A stretch of DNA of 64,000 nt from Podospora anserina (lineage: Eukaryota), in the NCBI GenBank assembly GCA_017654855.1, contig CM030334.1, forward strand, positions 3,720,001-3,784,000. The letters run 5' to 3'. Positions 14,020-24,460 of the stretch are shown here, piece by piece (the stretch's first letter is position 1; every line of letters begins with the position of its first letter). The notes under the pieces were generated by a model. It was given only the letters and a program-made list of their open reading frames with translations. It ran no database searches and was not told the DNA's origin. A program made the translations under genes and the position numbers.

Positions 14020-15746
14020 CAGGTCCTCGACAAACTCGACGTCGAGCGCGAGCGAGGCATAACAGTAAAAGCGCAGACGTGCACCATGATTTACAACTAC
14101 CACGAAGACGGGCTGGATTACCTGTTGCATCTTGTCGACACGCCTGGGCATGTTGATTTCCGTGCGGAGGTTACCAGGTCATATGCCAGTTGTGGCGGGG
14201 CGATCTTGTTGGTGGATGCGAGTCAGGGGGTTCAGGCGCAGACGTTTGCGCAGGGGTTGAGTCTGGTGCCGGTGGTGAGTAAAGTTGATTTGCCTACGGC
14301 GGATGTGGAGAGGGCGTTGGGGCAGATGGAGGACGTGTTTGAGTTGGACTGTAAAGATGCGGTGAGAGTGCGAAGACTGGGGTTGGGATTGCAGAGGTTC
14401 TGCCGGCGGTGTTTGAGAAGGTTAGGCCGCCGGAGGGGGATCCCAAGGGGAATTTGAGGATGATGTTGGTGGATAGGTGGTATGATACTTTTCGCGGGGT
14501 GGTGCTGTTGGTTAGGGTGTTTGATGGGACGGTGAAGGCGGGGGATAGGTTGGTTAGTTTTGCGACGGGGAATGAGTATGTTGTGGGGGAGGTGGGGATA
14601 CAGTATCCTAATGAGGTGCCGCAAAAGGTGTTGAGGGCGGGACAGGTGGGGTATGTTTTTTTTCAATCCGGGGATGAAGAGGATACAGGATGCAAAGATT
14701 GGGGATACGTTTACGACCAAGGGGAAGGAGAGGGAGGTTGAACCGTATCCGAGGTTTGAGGAGCCGAAGCCGATGGTTTTTGTGGCGGCTTTTCCGACGG
14801 ATCAGGGGGATTATGAGAAGCTGAAGGAGAGTATTGGACAGTTGGTGCTGAAGGATAGGAGTATTACGATGCAGAAGGACCACTCGGATACGTTGGGAGT
14901 TGGGTGGAGGTTAGGGCTTTTGGGTAGTTTGCATTGCTCGGTGTTTTAGGATAGGCTGAGGGGGAGGTATGGGGGTGATATTATTATTACGGAGCCGGCG
15001 GTGCCGGTTAAGATTGTGTGGAGTGATGAGAAGGAGGAGATTATTACGAACCCGGCCGAGTTTCCGGATGGGGAGGATCACAGGCTGAAGAGAACGACGT
15101 TGTATGAGCCAATGGTGGCGGCGAAGATTACCCTGCCGGAGGAGTATCTGGGACGAGTGATGGAGTTGTGTGAGAGTGTGAGGAGGGTGCAGAAGAGCGT
15201 CGAGTTCTTTTACGCGACGCAGGTGATTCTCAAGTATGAGTTGCCCACGGCGAGTTTGGTGGATGACCTGTTTGGCAAGTTGAAGGGCGCAACCAAGGGG
15301 TATGCGACGCTGGACTATGAGGATGCCGGGTGGAGGGAGAGCAGTTTGGTGAAGCTGAATCTACTGGTGAATAAGATACCGGTGGATGCGGTGGCGAGAG
15401 TGGTGCATAGCAGCCAGGTGGAGAGGCTGGGGAGGCAGTGGGTGACCAAGTTTAAGGAGCATGTGGATAGGCAGATGTTTGGTGAGTTTTCTCCCCCTCT
15501 TTCTTTCTTGAGGGTATTGCTAACATCGTCGCAGAGGTCATCATCCAAGCTGCGGCTGGCAAGAGAGTCGTTGCAAGAGAAACGTTGAAGCCATTCAGAA
15601 AAGAGGTCCTGGCCAAGCTGCATGCCAGTGATATCGGGCGGAGGAGGAAGCTGCTTGACAAGCAAAAGGCCGGACGTAAAAGGTTGAGGGCGGTGGGCAA
15701 CGTGGTCATTGATCTTTCGGCCTTCCAGAAATTTTTAACAAAGTAG
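14020..15746 (+). pseudogene. GUF1: 5'-truncated pseudogene of mitochondrial translation factor GUF1/LepA (EF4)
   Basis: Motifs [43 protein letters not shown] and KGYATLDYE are present. The P-loop is missing, with a deletion after QAQT, frameshifts near 14370 and 14660, and TAG at 14947. Intron at about 15482-15536; stop at 15744-15746. Confidence 0.92.
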
Positions 15747-15864
15747 TGTATACCATTGTATTCGATCCCGGACGAGCAATCATCGACTTAATGATATTGC
15801 AAATCCAGCAGAACAAGCTATGATCCTCACTGCAGTGGTACGACAACCTCTCTGGGGAAGAACG

Positions 15865-16290
15865 TTTTTTGAACTCTCGGCCGCACTGAAAATAGCCCTG
15901 ACATTCTTCTTCTTGAAGCCAATCTCATTGAACTCGACGAGAAGATGCCGCCTCCCCACGTCGTACGTGAAGTGAACCTACGGTGGTGCACCCCATAGTC
16001 AAGGTCATCTGAATTCTGCAGCAGCTCAAAGATGAAGCGCGAGCTGTTAGTGGTCAGGTTCTCACTCAGTCTGGCACCTCATGTCAATATCGGATCTCTG
16101 TTACCCAAGTGGAGAGGGTTCAAACGCATGTCTTCAGCATCCCCTGGAAGGCCCGGCTCGTAAGGAACCCCGATTCCTCCTGCCACCTCCGGATCCGGAG
16201 GATGTGGTCAATGGCCTCCTGCCGTGAGGCCGGAAGCCTGTCGTCGTCATTCTGATACTCCGGGGTTGAGCGGCGGCCGATGGAAGACAT
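15865..16290 (-). pseudogene. 5' fragment of a sacsin/NO VEIN-like GHKL ATPase gene
   Basis: ATG at 16290. After an intron with a GT>AT donor it reads LSENLTTNSSRFIFELLQNSDD...LLVEFNEIGFKKKNVRAIFSAAESSK, matching the ELLQNADD...NE.GF...N.+AI motif. It has a frameshift, a stop and a truncation. Confidence 0.75.
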
Positions 16291-16903
16291 GATATAATGG
16301 TGGTGGTCAAGTGTCGGTGAAACGAGAGTTGGGGCCCATACCGTAGACTAGAGAGGCACCGATCTATAGTGGATAGATTCTTTGGGATAAATAAAAACAG
16401 CACGTACTAAGTACCTAAGCGTGGCAGGGCCAATTCGAGATAATATGGGATAATACAGAGTGAGGAGCGCGCAGAGAGACTGTGTGTCTGTGTCGTTCAA
16501 AGTCTTGGAATTCGAACCTGTTTCACGAGGTGTGCTCGAACTCCACATGTGAAAATGGAGATGGCATGAGCCACAGCGACAGCCCAACGCGACTGCTGCA
16601 TGTTGACGTGCTGCTAGCCAATCCTGAGGCTTGGCGGGTGGTTGGGCGTCGTTGTAAATAGAGCTGGTTGCGCTGGTAGCTACATCGGTGCAAGCGTCGA
16701 TGGAAATAGAGATCCGAGTGGAAGACGGGCAAGAAAAAGTGAAGGTGGAGATGCATGGAAGCAAGAATGTCATGTTGTTGGAGCATCAAGAATTTGCTGA
16801 TGATTGGATCCGGCTGGGCCCCTGAGTTGGGGTACCTAGGCAAAAGTTGAGCAATAACACAGCTTATGATCAGGTATCAACGCAAATTGTGATACAATCC
16901 ATC

Positions 16904-17022
16904 ACATACGACCACAGGCAGTTGAAAACACGGGATCCCGTCCGCTCTCCCCTAGTTAAGCAATTGACCGCCGGACCAGTACTCAGGTGGGTGACCACTG
17001 GGGAATCCCCGGTGTTGTATGT
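16904..17022 (+). rRNA. 5S rRNA: Dispersed 5S rRNA gene
   Basis: 119 nt ACATACGACCA...GATCCCGTCCGCTCTCCC..AGTTAAGC...AGTACTCAGGTGGGTGACCACTGGGGAATCCCCGGTGTTGTATGT. The ends are complementary and an oligo-T Pol III terminator follows. Confidence 0.96.
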
Positions 17023-17165
17023 TTTAGTTTTTTGCTCTTGGGGGCAGAGCCGAGTGGCAACGTGCCATCCGATGTTGATGAATATCGGAAAAAATAATAT
17101 CGCTTGGTAAAAACTGCAGTGTGCCACCGATTCAAAATTTCAATGTCATGTATTCTTTCGCTCTT

Positions 17166-17825
17166 CTATGCAAAGCCCATGTACTCACACGACCCAAAGG
17201 GATACCCAGGGTCCAAGTTGCTGGCGAAAGCATAGTCGATCATCTGCGCAAACGTGGGATCCCACGAATCGAATATCAAGCTGTCGTTAACCGCCACGAA
17301 GTCACCAGCAGGTGCCTCAACTTGATCGGCGCCGGCAATAGCAAACATGCCCGCACTGGGTTGTCCAATGCCTGAGGCTATTGGAGCATGGAAGCTTCCC
17401 GTGGCTACGGCACTAGTTTCGAGAGGACCGTAGGACACGTTCATCATCGTCGATGAAGGTGATGCCGCATCTAACGTCAGAGGCGAGATCTGTTGGATTG
17501 AGGTATCCGTGGGACCAGACGTGGTTTCAGAACTTGCGCCCTCGTCCGTCTTCTCAATAAGCCACCGAGCACGTGAGTGAAGTTCGATGTTGAATGCTGA
17601 ACCGTTGTCGTTGGTGGTCTTGGGTTTGGACGGTGCACAAGGTGCTCCAGTTGTTCGTGCACGTTCACGAAACAGAGCCTCTCCTCGTTCAAGGTTGCGC
17701 ACCACTGCATCGCCTAACTCACTGTTCAAACGGGCATTGACTCAGATGGGCAAAATCGCTTGATGGCAGCGGCCACACTCAAGAAGTCGGCTTTGCCACG
17801 AACTCGAAACATGGGAAGTTTGGAG
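17166..17825 (-). pseudogene. 3' fragment of a probable fungal transcription factor
   Basis: A helical segment is followed by an S/T-rich linker and an acidic/aromatic tail (FDSWDPTFAQMIDYAF). There is an in-frame TGA upstream and no 5' end. Confidence 0.4.
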
Positions 17826-18785
17826 ACCTGACGGTATGTTTGCGTTTTCCACCTGTCCTAGGCTCCAACAGAAGCTGACTCAATCTTAGAACGGTCTTGG
17901 TCGTCGTTACCGCATGCGTGTTCACGTTGGCTTCGCCCTCATCATCGCAGGATGGCTCGCCTCCGTGTTGGTAGTCTTCATTGGCTGCATTCCCTTCCAC
18001 AAGTACTGGCAGATTAGCCCCAACCCGGGCAATAGCTGCCAACCCGCCGTGGCTGGCCTTATCGTCTGGTCTTCTTTCGCCGCGAATATCGCATCTGATA
18101 TCTACCTCATCGTCATTCCCCTCCCGCTTCTCTGGGGTTCCAGGCTTCGCCTTGTCAAAAAAATCGGTTCCACTCTCGTCCTGAGCGCCGGTATCTTCCT
18201 CCTTGTCTTCGCCACCCTGAAGAATATCTTCGTCGTAACTGCAAGCAAACCCCCTATTTCCCCTATCCTCCCCAAATCCTGAACCAACGCTCCCATCCAC
18301 AGGACGACATCAACGGCGCCGAACTCGCCGGCACCCGGGGCACCCGCGAGGCCTTCGTAGCTGTCGTCACCACCAACCTCCCCATGGTCTTCCCCCTCTT
18401 CAAGTCCTGGCTCAAGCCCCTCTTCGGCTCCACTTCGCAGCGCACCACCGACAACAAGTACAAGACCCCGGACGGGTTCCGCCCCATCGGCGGCGGCGGT
18501 GGCGACTCCAACTCGCACTCGCAGTTCCGCCGCGGCAACGGCAACAGTTCCAACATCCTGACCAGCGTCACCTTCACCGAGAGCGAGCAGCGAATCGTCA
18601 ACGAAATCAAGATGCAGAACATGAAGACGGAAGTCTCGGGCGGCGGCACAACCCACGTGCACAAGGAGTGCGAAGGGCAGAAGGGCATCGTCGTGCTGAC
18701 CGAGTTTGATGTCAGTGAGGATGCGAGGAGTGTGCAGCACAGTGAGCCTGGGCCGCCGCCGGCAAAACCGAAGGAGGCCTGGTAA
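17826..18785 (+). pseudogene. 3' half of a Pth11-like (rhodopsin-domain) membrane protein
   Basis: Motifs GCIPFHKYWQISPNPGNSCQP, NIASDIYLIVIPLPLLW and REAFVAVVTTNLPMVFPL, with two introns. The N-terminal helices are absent. Confidence 0.8.
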
Positions 18786-19707
18786 ATGATTGAGATAATT
18801 GAGCCTTTTGGATTGAGGGAAAAATAATGATGGGATGCCACGTGGTTTAAGTTACAGGCATGCTTTGATGGCCGGGCTGCCAGGAATTCTTCAGTGCAGG
18901 ATGGGAGCGGTGTTTTTTTTTTTTTTTCTTTTGTCAATTTCCCTTGTGTGTTTTTCTTCTCTTCGTTGACACATATTTTTGTTGTGGTTGCGCTTGAAAC
19001 ACACAGTTTGGTTCATTCTCAGACATGAGCGCGGTTGGTAAGAGTTGGGAGCGGCTTTTCTTTCCACAGTGTTTTATTTTCTGTTTTGGATGGATATACC
19101 CCTTATGGTCACGTTGTTGTTGCTGTTGTTGACAGTCGTTGCGGACCGGACAGAGTGTGTCACGATTATCATGTACCCTCGTGGAGAGGATACCACTTTT
19201 ACCTTGCTTCGATTATCGTCCGATTAGTTAGTCAAATTTGTGTCTTTGTAGTATCTGCCGGTATCCCATCTGCTGTCTTTGAAGTTGGGGCTGAAGGTGA
19301 TGTTGTCGTTCAGGGGGTTGGTGATTCAGGGGTTGCCAGAGCCTCTTCCAAGGCGCATGGAACTTGTCTAAACAATGCTTCTGCTGTCAGCCACATTTGG
19401 GGGGATTTCTGGACGGGTTTTGGGCAGATGAAGTTGTCCCCACACACCAATCTTGGTTGGGCTGACATGCCAAGCTGCTGCGGACCACCATCAAGATTCC
19501 TTGGGAGCTCAGGTGATTCGCAGCAATACAGTAGCGCTACCCACTTGTGAGGCGCAGTGACAGGGTACCTGAGTTTTCAGAGCACCGATAATTCGGTTGA
19601 TAAAAGAGAGCTGCGCCCCTCACGTGTTGGACGCAGTTTCGCGTTTGTCCTACACAGCATCATTGCCTTTGACCTATTGTGCCTTTGGGCACGGTAATTA
19701 CTACAAA

Positions 19708-21618
19708 ATGTCTGATCGATACCATCCACAGGCTATTTTTCTTTCCTTTCTGGCATTGACCCAAGTCACAACTTGTCAAGACATCAACACACAACCTGTG
19801 GCAAAAGTGCTGAAGCTACAATGGACAACCGACCAGACCTCCCCAGGAGATCCGCTTACGCTCGGGACCTTTGGTCCTGATGGGCCGTGGCAAGCCTTGC
19901 CTGGAGTAATGAACAGACATGAATCGACTGCTACAATCAATACAACAGCCGTTTCTGCTCTCTGGCCATCGCCATGGACGAACATATCCGAGGTCATGTG
20001 GAGAAGCTTTGACGTGGCCCTAGAAGCGCAAACAACCTTCTCAACGGGAAGGTACAATCGACTGACCATATCGTCGTCTTATTTCGAGGAAAGCAGGACG
20101 AGCCGTACCGGAGACTGGGTACCGGACTGGGACATGTCCATCCCAGACATTGCGGGCAACTCGGTCAGGTTCTTCCACGTCAAGGCTCCTGTAGCCGCAA
20201 TTCAGTACGCCAGCATCAGCTTTCCAGCAGTGGAAGGATGGTCCTTTGTGGAGGACGACGTAGAGGGTACACTAGCTCTCGCACCTCCAGACAAACCAGG
20301 CTCAGAGAGCATCATTGCTCAGCTCAAGGACTCTGGCGTTGTGGATTGCAACTCGTTCGGATTGCATATGGGGAGTCCGAAGTGGAACCAAAGCGGCAGC
20401 TTCACATTGGGAGGATACGATGCTGCTCGTGTGATGGGCGAGGTAGCCACGTTTGACCTTATGGAAGATATTGACGCTTTCGAATTTGCGTCATGGCAAC
20501 GCTATCTGCCTCGGATCTACTTGATAGACGTCTCGCTTGGGTGGGAAAGAGGTAGCGGACCCTTTCTAAAAGATGAGACATTTCAAGGAAAGACAAAGTC
20601 CGTTTTGGCACCGATCCCTACCAGCTTGAACAGCACCGCACGAAGACAAGGAGACCAACGTGACAACCTTAGGGATAATGTCATGGTGGTGCCTGACCCG
20701 ACATTTCCTTTCCTGTATCTTCCACCTGGCACTTGTGAGAAGGCCGCCAAGCATCTGCCCGTGCACTGGGACGAGGGGCTGAAACTCTGGTTTTGGGATG
20801 ACGAAACATCCCAGAGTAATGATTACCACTATCGCCGCCTTGTCAACTCATCAGCCTACATGAGCTTCACACTACGATCCAACCGCGGCCGCTACCCCGA
20901 ACGGGAAGATTTCCCACCCAGTCAAACAATCACCATCAAGGTCCCCTTCCATCTTCTCGATTTCTACATTGAGCCCCCCCTCGTGTGGAGCGGAGTACAA
21001 CGGCGACGATTTTGGCCGTGCCGGTCAGTCATTCCAACGGAGGGTTACTGGAAACTCGGCCGCGCGTTCCTTCAGGCGGCCTTTCTCGGCGTCAACTACG
21101 ACAAAAACCTGGTGTACCTGGCTCAAGGAATAGGTCCTGATCCCAATCTCCCAAGCGAGTTGACCGTGATTAGACCAGGTGACGAATATATTTCTGGAAA
21201 CCCGAATTTCCTCTATAGAAATGCCGAGGATTATTATCAGACCTGGGCAAGTTATGGGAAAGTTCTTGAGGACCGCAGGCCAGATCAGGGGACACCTAGC
21301 TCGCCGGGCCCGGAGTCGTCACAGACCTCTTCGCTAGGGCGTGGTGGAACGATTGGGCTTACGGTGGGGGCTACGATCGGTGCCCTCTTGGTGTTTTGGT
21401 TAGTGTTTGGCACGACAATTGAGAAACGATGGCGGAAAATAGCGAGGCGAGATGGCGGTGATGCGGGAGCTGGTGTTGAACTTGGGGGATCAGACTCCAC
21501 AGTGACGACACAGGGGCCTGCTCATGATGTTAGGGATGCTGTATCGCCAGGATTGCCCAGGCCACCGACGTATAAAGAGAGGGATCAGAATGAGTCGCCT
21601 CCACCGTATAGGCCTTAA
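19708..21618 (+). CDS. Secreted single-pass membrane protein with a degenerate pepsin (peptidase A1-like) fold
   Basis: Signal peptide, FGPDGPWQA, SFGLHMGS...GSFTLGGYD, PDPTFPFLYLP, LGRAFLQAAFLG, a TM helix and PPxY tails. No canonical DTG motifs. Confidence 0.8.
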   Translation: MSDRYHPQAIFLSFLALTQVTTCQDINTQPVAKVLKLQWTTDQTSPGDPLTLGTFGPDGPWQALPGVMNRHESTATINTTAVSALWPSPWTNISEVMWRSFDVALEAQTTFSTGRYNRLTISSSYFEESRTSRTGDWVPDWDMSIPDIAGNSVRFFHVKAPVAAIQYASISFPAVEGWSFVEDDVEGTLALAPPDKPGSESIIAQLKDSGVVDCNSFGLHMGSPKWNQSGSFTLGGYDAARVMGEVATFDLMEDIDAFEFASWQRYLPRIYLIDVSLGWERGSGPFLKDETFQGKTKSVLAPIPTSLNSTARRQGDQRDNLRDNVMVVPDPTFPFLYLPPGTCEKAAKHLPVHWDEGLKLWFWDDETSQSNDYHYRRLVNSSAYMSFTLRSNRGRYPEREDFPPSQTITIKVPFHLLDFYIEPPLVWSGVQRRRFWPCRSVIPTEGYWKLGRAFLQAAFLGVNYDKNLVYLAQGIGPDPNLPSELTVIRPGDEYISGNPNFLYRNAEDYYQTWASYGKVLEDRRPDQGTPSSPGPESSQTSSLGRGGTIGLTVGATIGALLVFWLVFGTTIEKRWRKIARRDGGDAGAGVELGGSDSTVTTQGPAHDVRDAVSPGLPRPPTYKERDQNESPPPYRP

Positions 21619-22173
21619 GGTGCTAATGGGAAGGGAATATTTTCATCTTGTATATGTCTTGTGAGTTTATTATGGGATAATTTGACTGTAGATATCTCGT
21701 TATCACTCCTTTACCCATCGCACGCGTTCAGGTTGTGATCTAGCCGACTACATCCCCTGAACTTTATGTTGCATGTTTTGTTATCATTTATCGGCTACAA
21801 CCTAGGTACTTACCTTCCCACCTCAATCCGACGATATTGTTACACTTCATGGAAGATATACAATAGCTGAACATGGTGTGAGGCTTGGAGCACACAGAAC
21901 AAGGACCGACATACCGCAGTTGACGCATGGTCTTTTTGCTAGTAAGTTATTCCCAGTATTGGGTAGCGATGCCAAGCGGTTGCGGATCAAAACCACTGCT
22001 TGCGAGGACAAGTCATTGGCAGCGATACGTGAGCTCGGCGTTGGTGAGGCGCAGTCATGAGATGCGGGTTCTAAGCGTTGAAGCAATCGTCAAGAGAGTT
22101 GTGCCGCCCCTCTCACGTGTCAGACGCGTCTGTCCTACACATCACCTTTTCCTCCAAATTGTGTCTTAGGGCA

Positions 22174-23185
22174 ATGCATTACAAGACGTTTTACCACAGC
22201 CCAGAGGTAATTCCAGTAGCCCTGCTTGTTTTGGCTCAGTCAGTACATTGTCAACAAACGACCGACAGCAATGGTAAGGCGACAAAACTTCATTGGACGG
22301 GCCAACGGAACTTTTCTGACGCCCCAAGATACCTTGAACACACCAAGGGCCCATGGGCAGCGCTCTCGGTTCTTTCAGGAACGCATGATTTGTCCGGCCT
22401 CACAAAGGAACAGAGCGTCGTGCCCATTTGGCCGTCTCCATGGACCAACATTTCCGAGATCTGGTGTTCAAATCTGCTTTTCAAAGAGGAGCTCTCAGAT
22501 GCCTACAGGGTCAATAGGTCTTTGATCTTAAAACCATCTTCCTTCAATTGTCCGTATCAAGGTGGCGCCAAACTGCCGAACTGGACCATGTCCATTCCGA
22601 GTGTTGCCATTGGGCCGAACTATGCCGAACTTTTCCACGCCCAGGTCCCGATCATTGCCCTGAATGAGTCAACCCTGTACCTGGAACCTGAGATCACCAT
22701 CCGCTTCACACTCGGTGATATACTAGCTCTTGGACCGTCCAGCGAGCCAGGTATCCGAAGCATTGTTCAGCAACTGAAGGATGCTGGTCGACTTCTCAGC
22801 AGTTCTTTTGGGCTCTACATGGGGAGGCCTGACTGGAAGCTTCCCAGCAAAATGGTTCTCGGGGGCTACGAAAAGTCCTTGATCAACGAGGGGTTTATCA
22901 TGTTTGATGTGATGGACAAGCCCGAGAGCGTTGGAGAAGACTATCTTTTCCGAATTTCCTTGAAGGACGTCAGGCTGGGTTGTTACGACTGGAAAGGTCA
23001 TGTCTTTGACTGGGCCACTACGGAGAGTCCGAACACAAGTGCTGAAGCGTATATTTGAAGGGTCGTCCCGAATGGACCCATCCGCGGAACTGAGCGAGGC
23101 AGGCAACTTAGTCTTCTTATGGAGCGGTTTGAGTGGTACAGTCGTAGGGCTATTAGTTGTATTCAGAACATCTGAATTTGACTGA
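22174..23185 (+). pseudogene. Truncated tandem paralog of the pepsin-fold protein
   Basis: Shares WPSPWTNISE, SFGLYMG and LGGY with 19708-21618. The C-terminal lobe is deleted and a TM remnant lies in another frame (23000-23185). Confidence 0.7.
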
Positions 23186-23319
23186 ACGTTTGTGAAGGTT
23201 TGTTGGCACTAGTAGAACCTGGATTGGTAGAGGTAAATGCGCCCTGCATCTAGCTTCCAAAGTCCTTCGCTTTACGCAATAAAAAATAAAGCACTTATCC
23301 CACCGATGGGATAAAAATA

Positions 23320-24460
23320 ACGAGACATACCAAAGGAAAGAAAAGTAAGTCCATCTACAGCTTCCTATGTCCTACTATAAGGTAAATCCCACTTGAAATC
23401 CACAGGTCGCGGATCTATTCTGGAATTAGCATTCGGAAAGTCTATCCAGCTATAGTTTTATTAGTTAATTAAATTAAAGCGAAAAAATCTACTACACTTA
23501 CCATATACCATTTCGCTTATCCTCGCTCATATCGCATAACGGCGTTAAGGTACCAGTTAGGTTTGCAAAGGTTGTATAAAGCCCCATAATTATAACTACC
23601 GGCCAGAAGTATCGTAACGCATTGGGTGGGCAATAGAATGTTGGGGGCGAGACCTGCCCAAACATACTATTAAAGTACGTAACCCTAGACAAAGCATAGT
23701 TTAGATTAAAATCTTTAAATATTTTATCCTGAATTTTTCCTTTACTAGACGCCCATAGGTTAGCATCTTGAATTTAGGTAATTAAAAAAAATATTAGTTA
23801 ATAGAATTACTTATATAAACTTGCCTACTTCGGACGCTCTTCTGAGACATAAGTATTGGCGACCCCTAGTTGGGCAGCTTTACCGCTAGCGCGACGTTTG
23901 TTAGGGCCCCGGCTGAGAATATACTTACTTGTCCTGGATTCTCCCTCACGGCCCTAACTATAAACTTCCGCTACTGAGCCCTCTACGAAACTCACATTAG
24001 GGTAGCTATAATAACCTTTGGTGGTAAAAGCTTCCTTCGCTACCCTTCTTAGGTCACGAAAGGTAAGATTATTTCCCAATTTCTTATTTATCGTATTTTC
24101 TTTTGCAAACACCCCTTTCCACGGTAACTTACTATAGAGAAGCTTATAATTCTGGAAGGTATACGTTATTTGTAAAAGGGGGTAGTCAGACCCCTTGTAG
24201 ACGGGAATGCAAGAAGACAAGGAGGCAATCTCGAGAGAGGCAAGAGCGTGGAGGCCGGTTTGGAGAGCCTAGGAGTTGGCTATGTCGGAGGCTAGACCGA
24301 GGACGGTATAGTTATAGTATAGGGGAAGGAGTAAAGCGATAAAGGTAGTAGGATTCTAATCGTTATCGAGGATTATTTTTTTTTAGCTAGTGGTTAAGCT
24401 AGTGGGTAATAATAGTAAGCCTATAACGAGGAATAAAAACTAATAACGGGGCTATAATAT
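23320..24460 (-). pseudogene. RIP-damaged secreted inosine/uridine-preferring nucleoside hydrolase
   Basis: Reads KKIILDND*NPTTF, VLGLASDIANS*ALQTGLHALASLEIASLSSCIPVYKGSDYPLL and LPWKGVFAKEN, with stops at W/Q codons. Confidence 0.8.

Noticed and set aside
16847-17127. Short ORFs on both strands
   Set aside because: They overlap the 5S rRNA gene and are spurious.
19035-19550. 171 aa ORF
   Set aside because: Non-ATG start and no domain features; likely intergenic.
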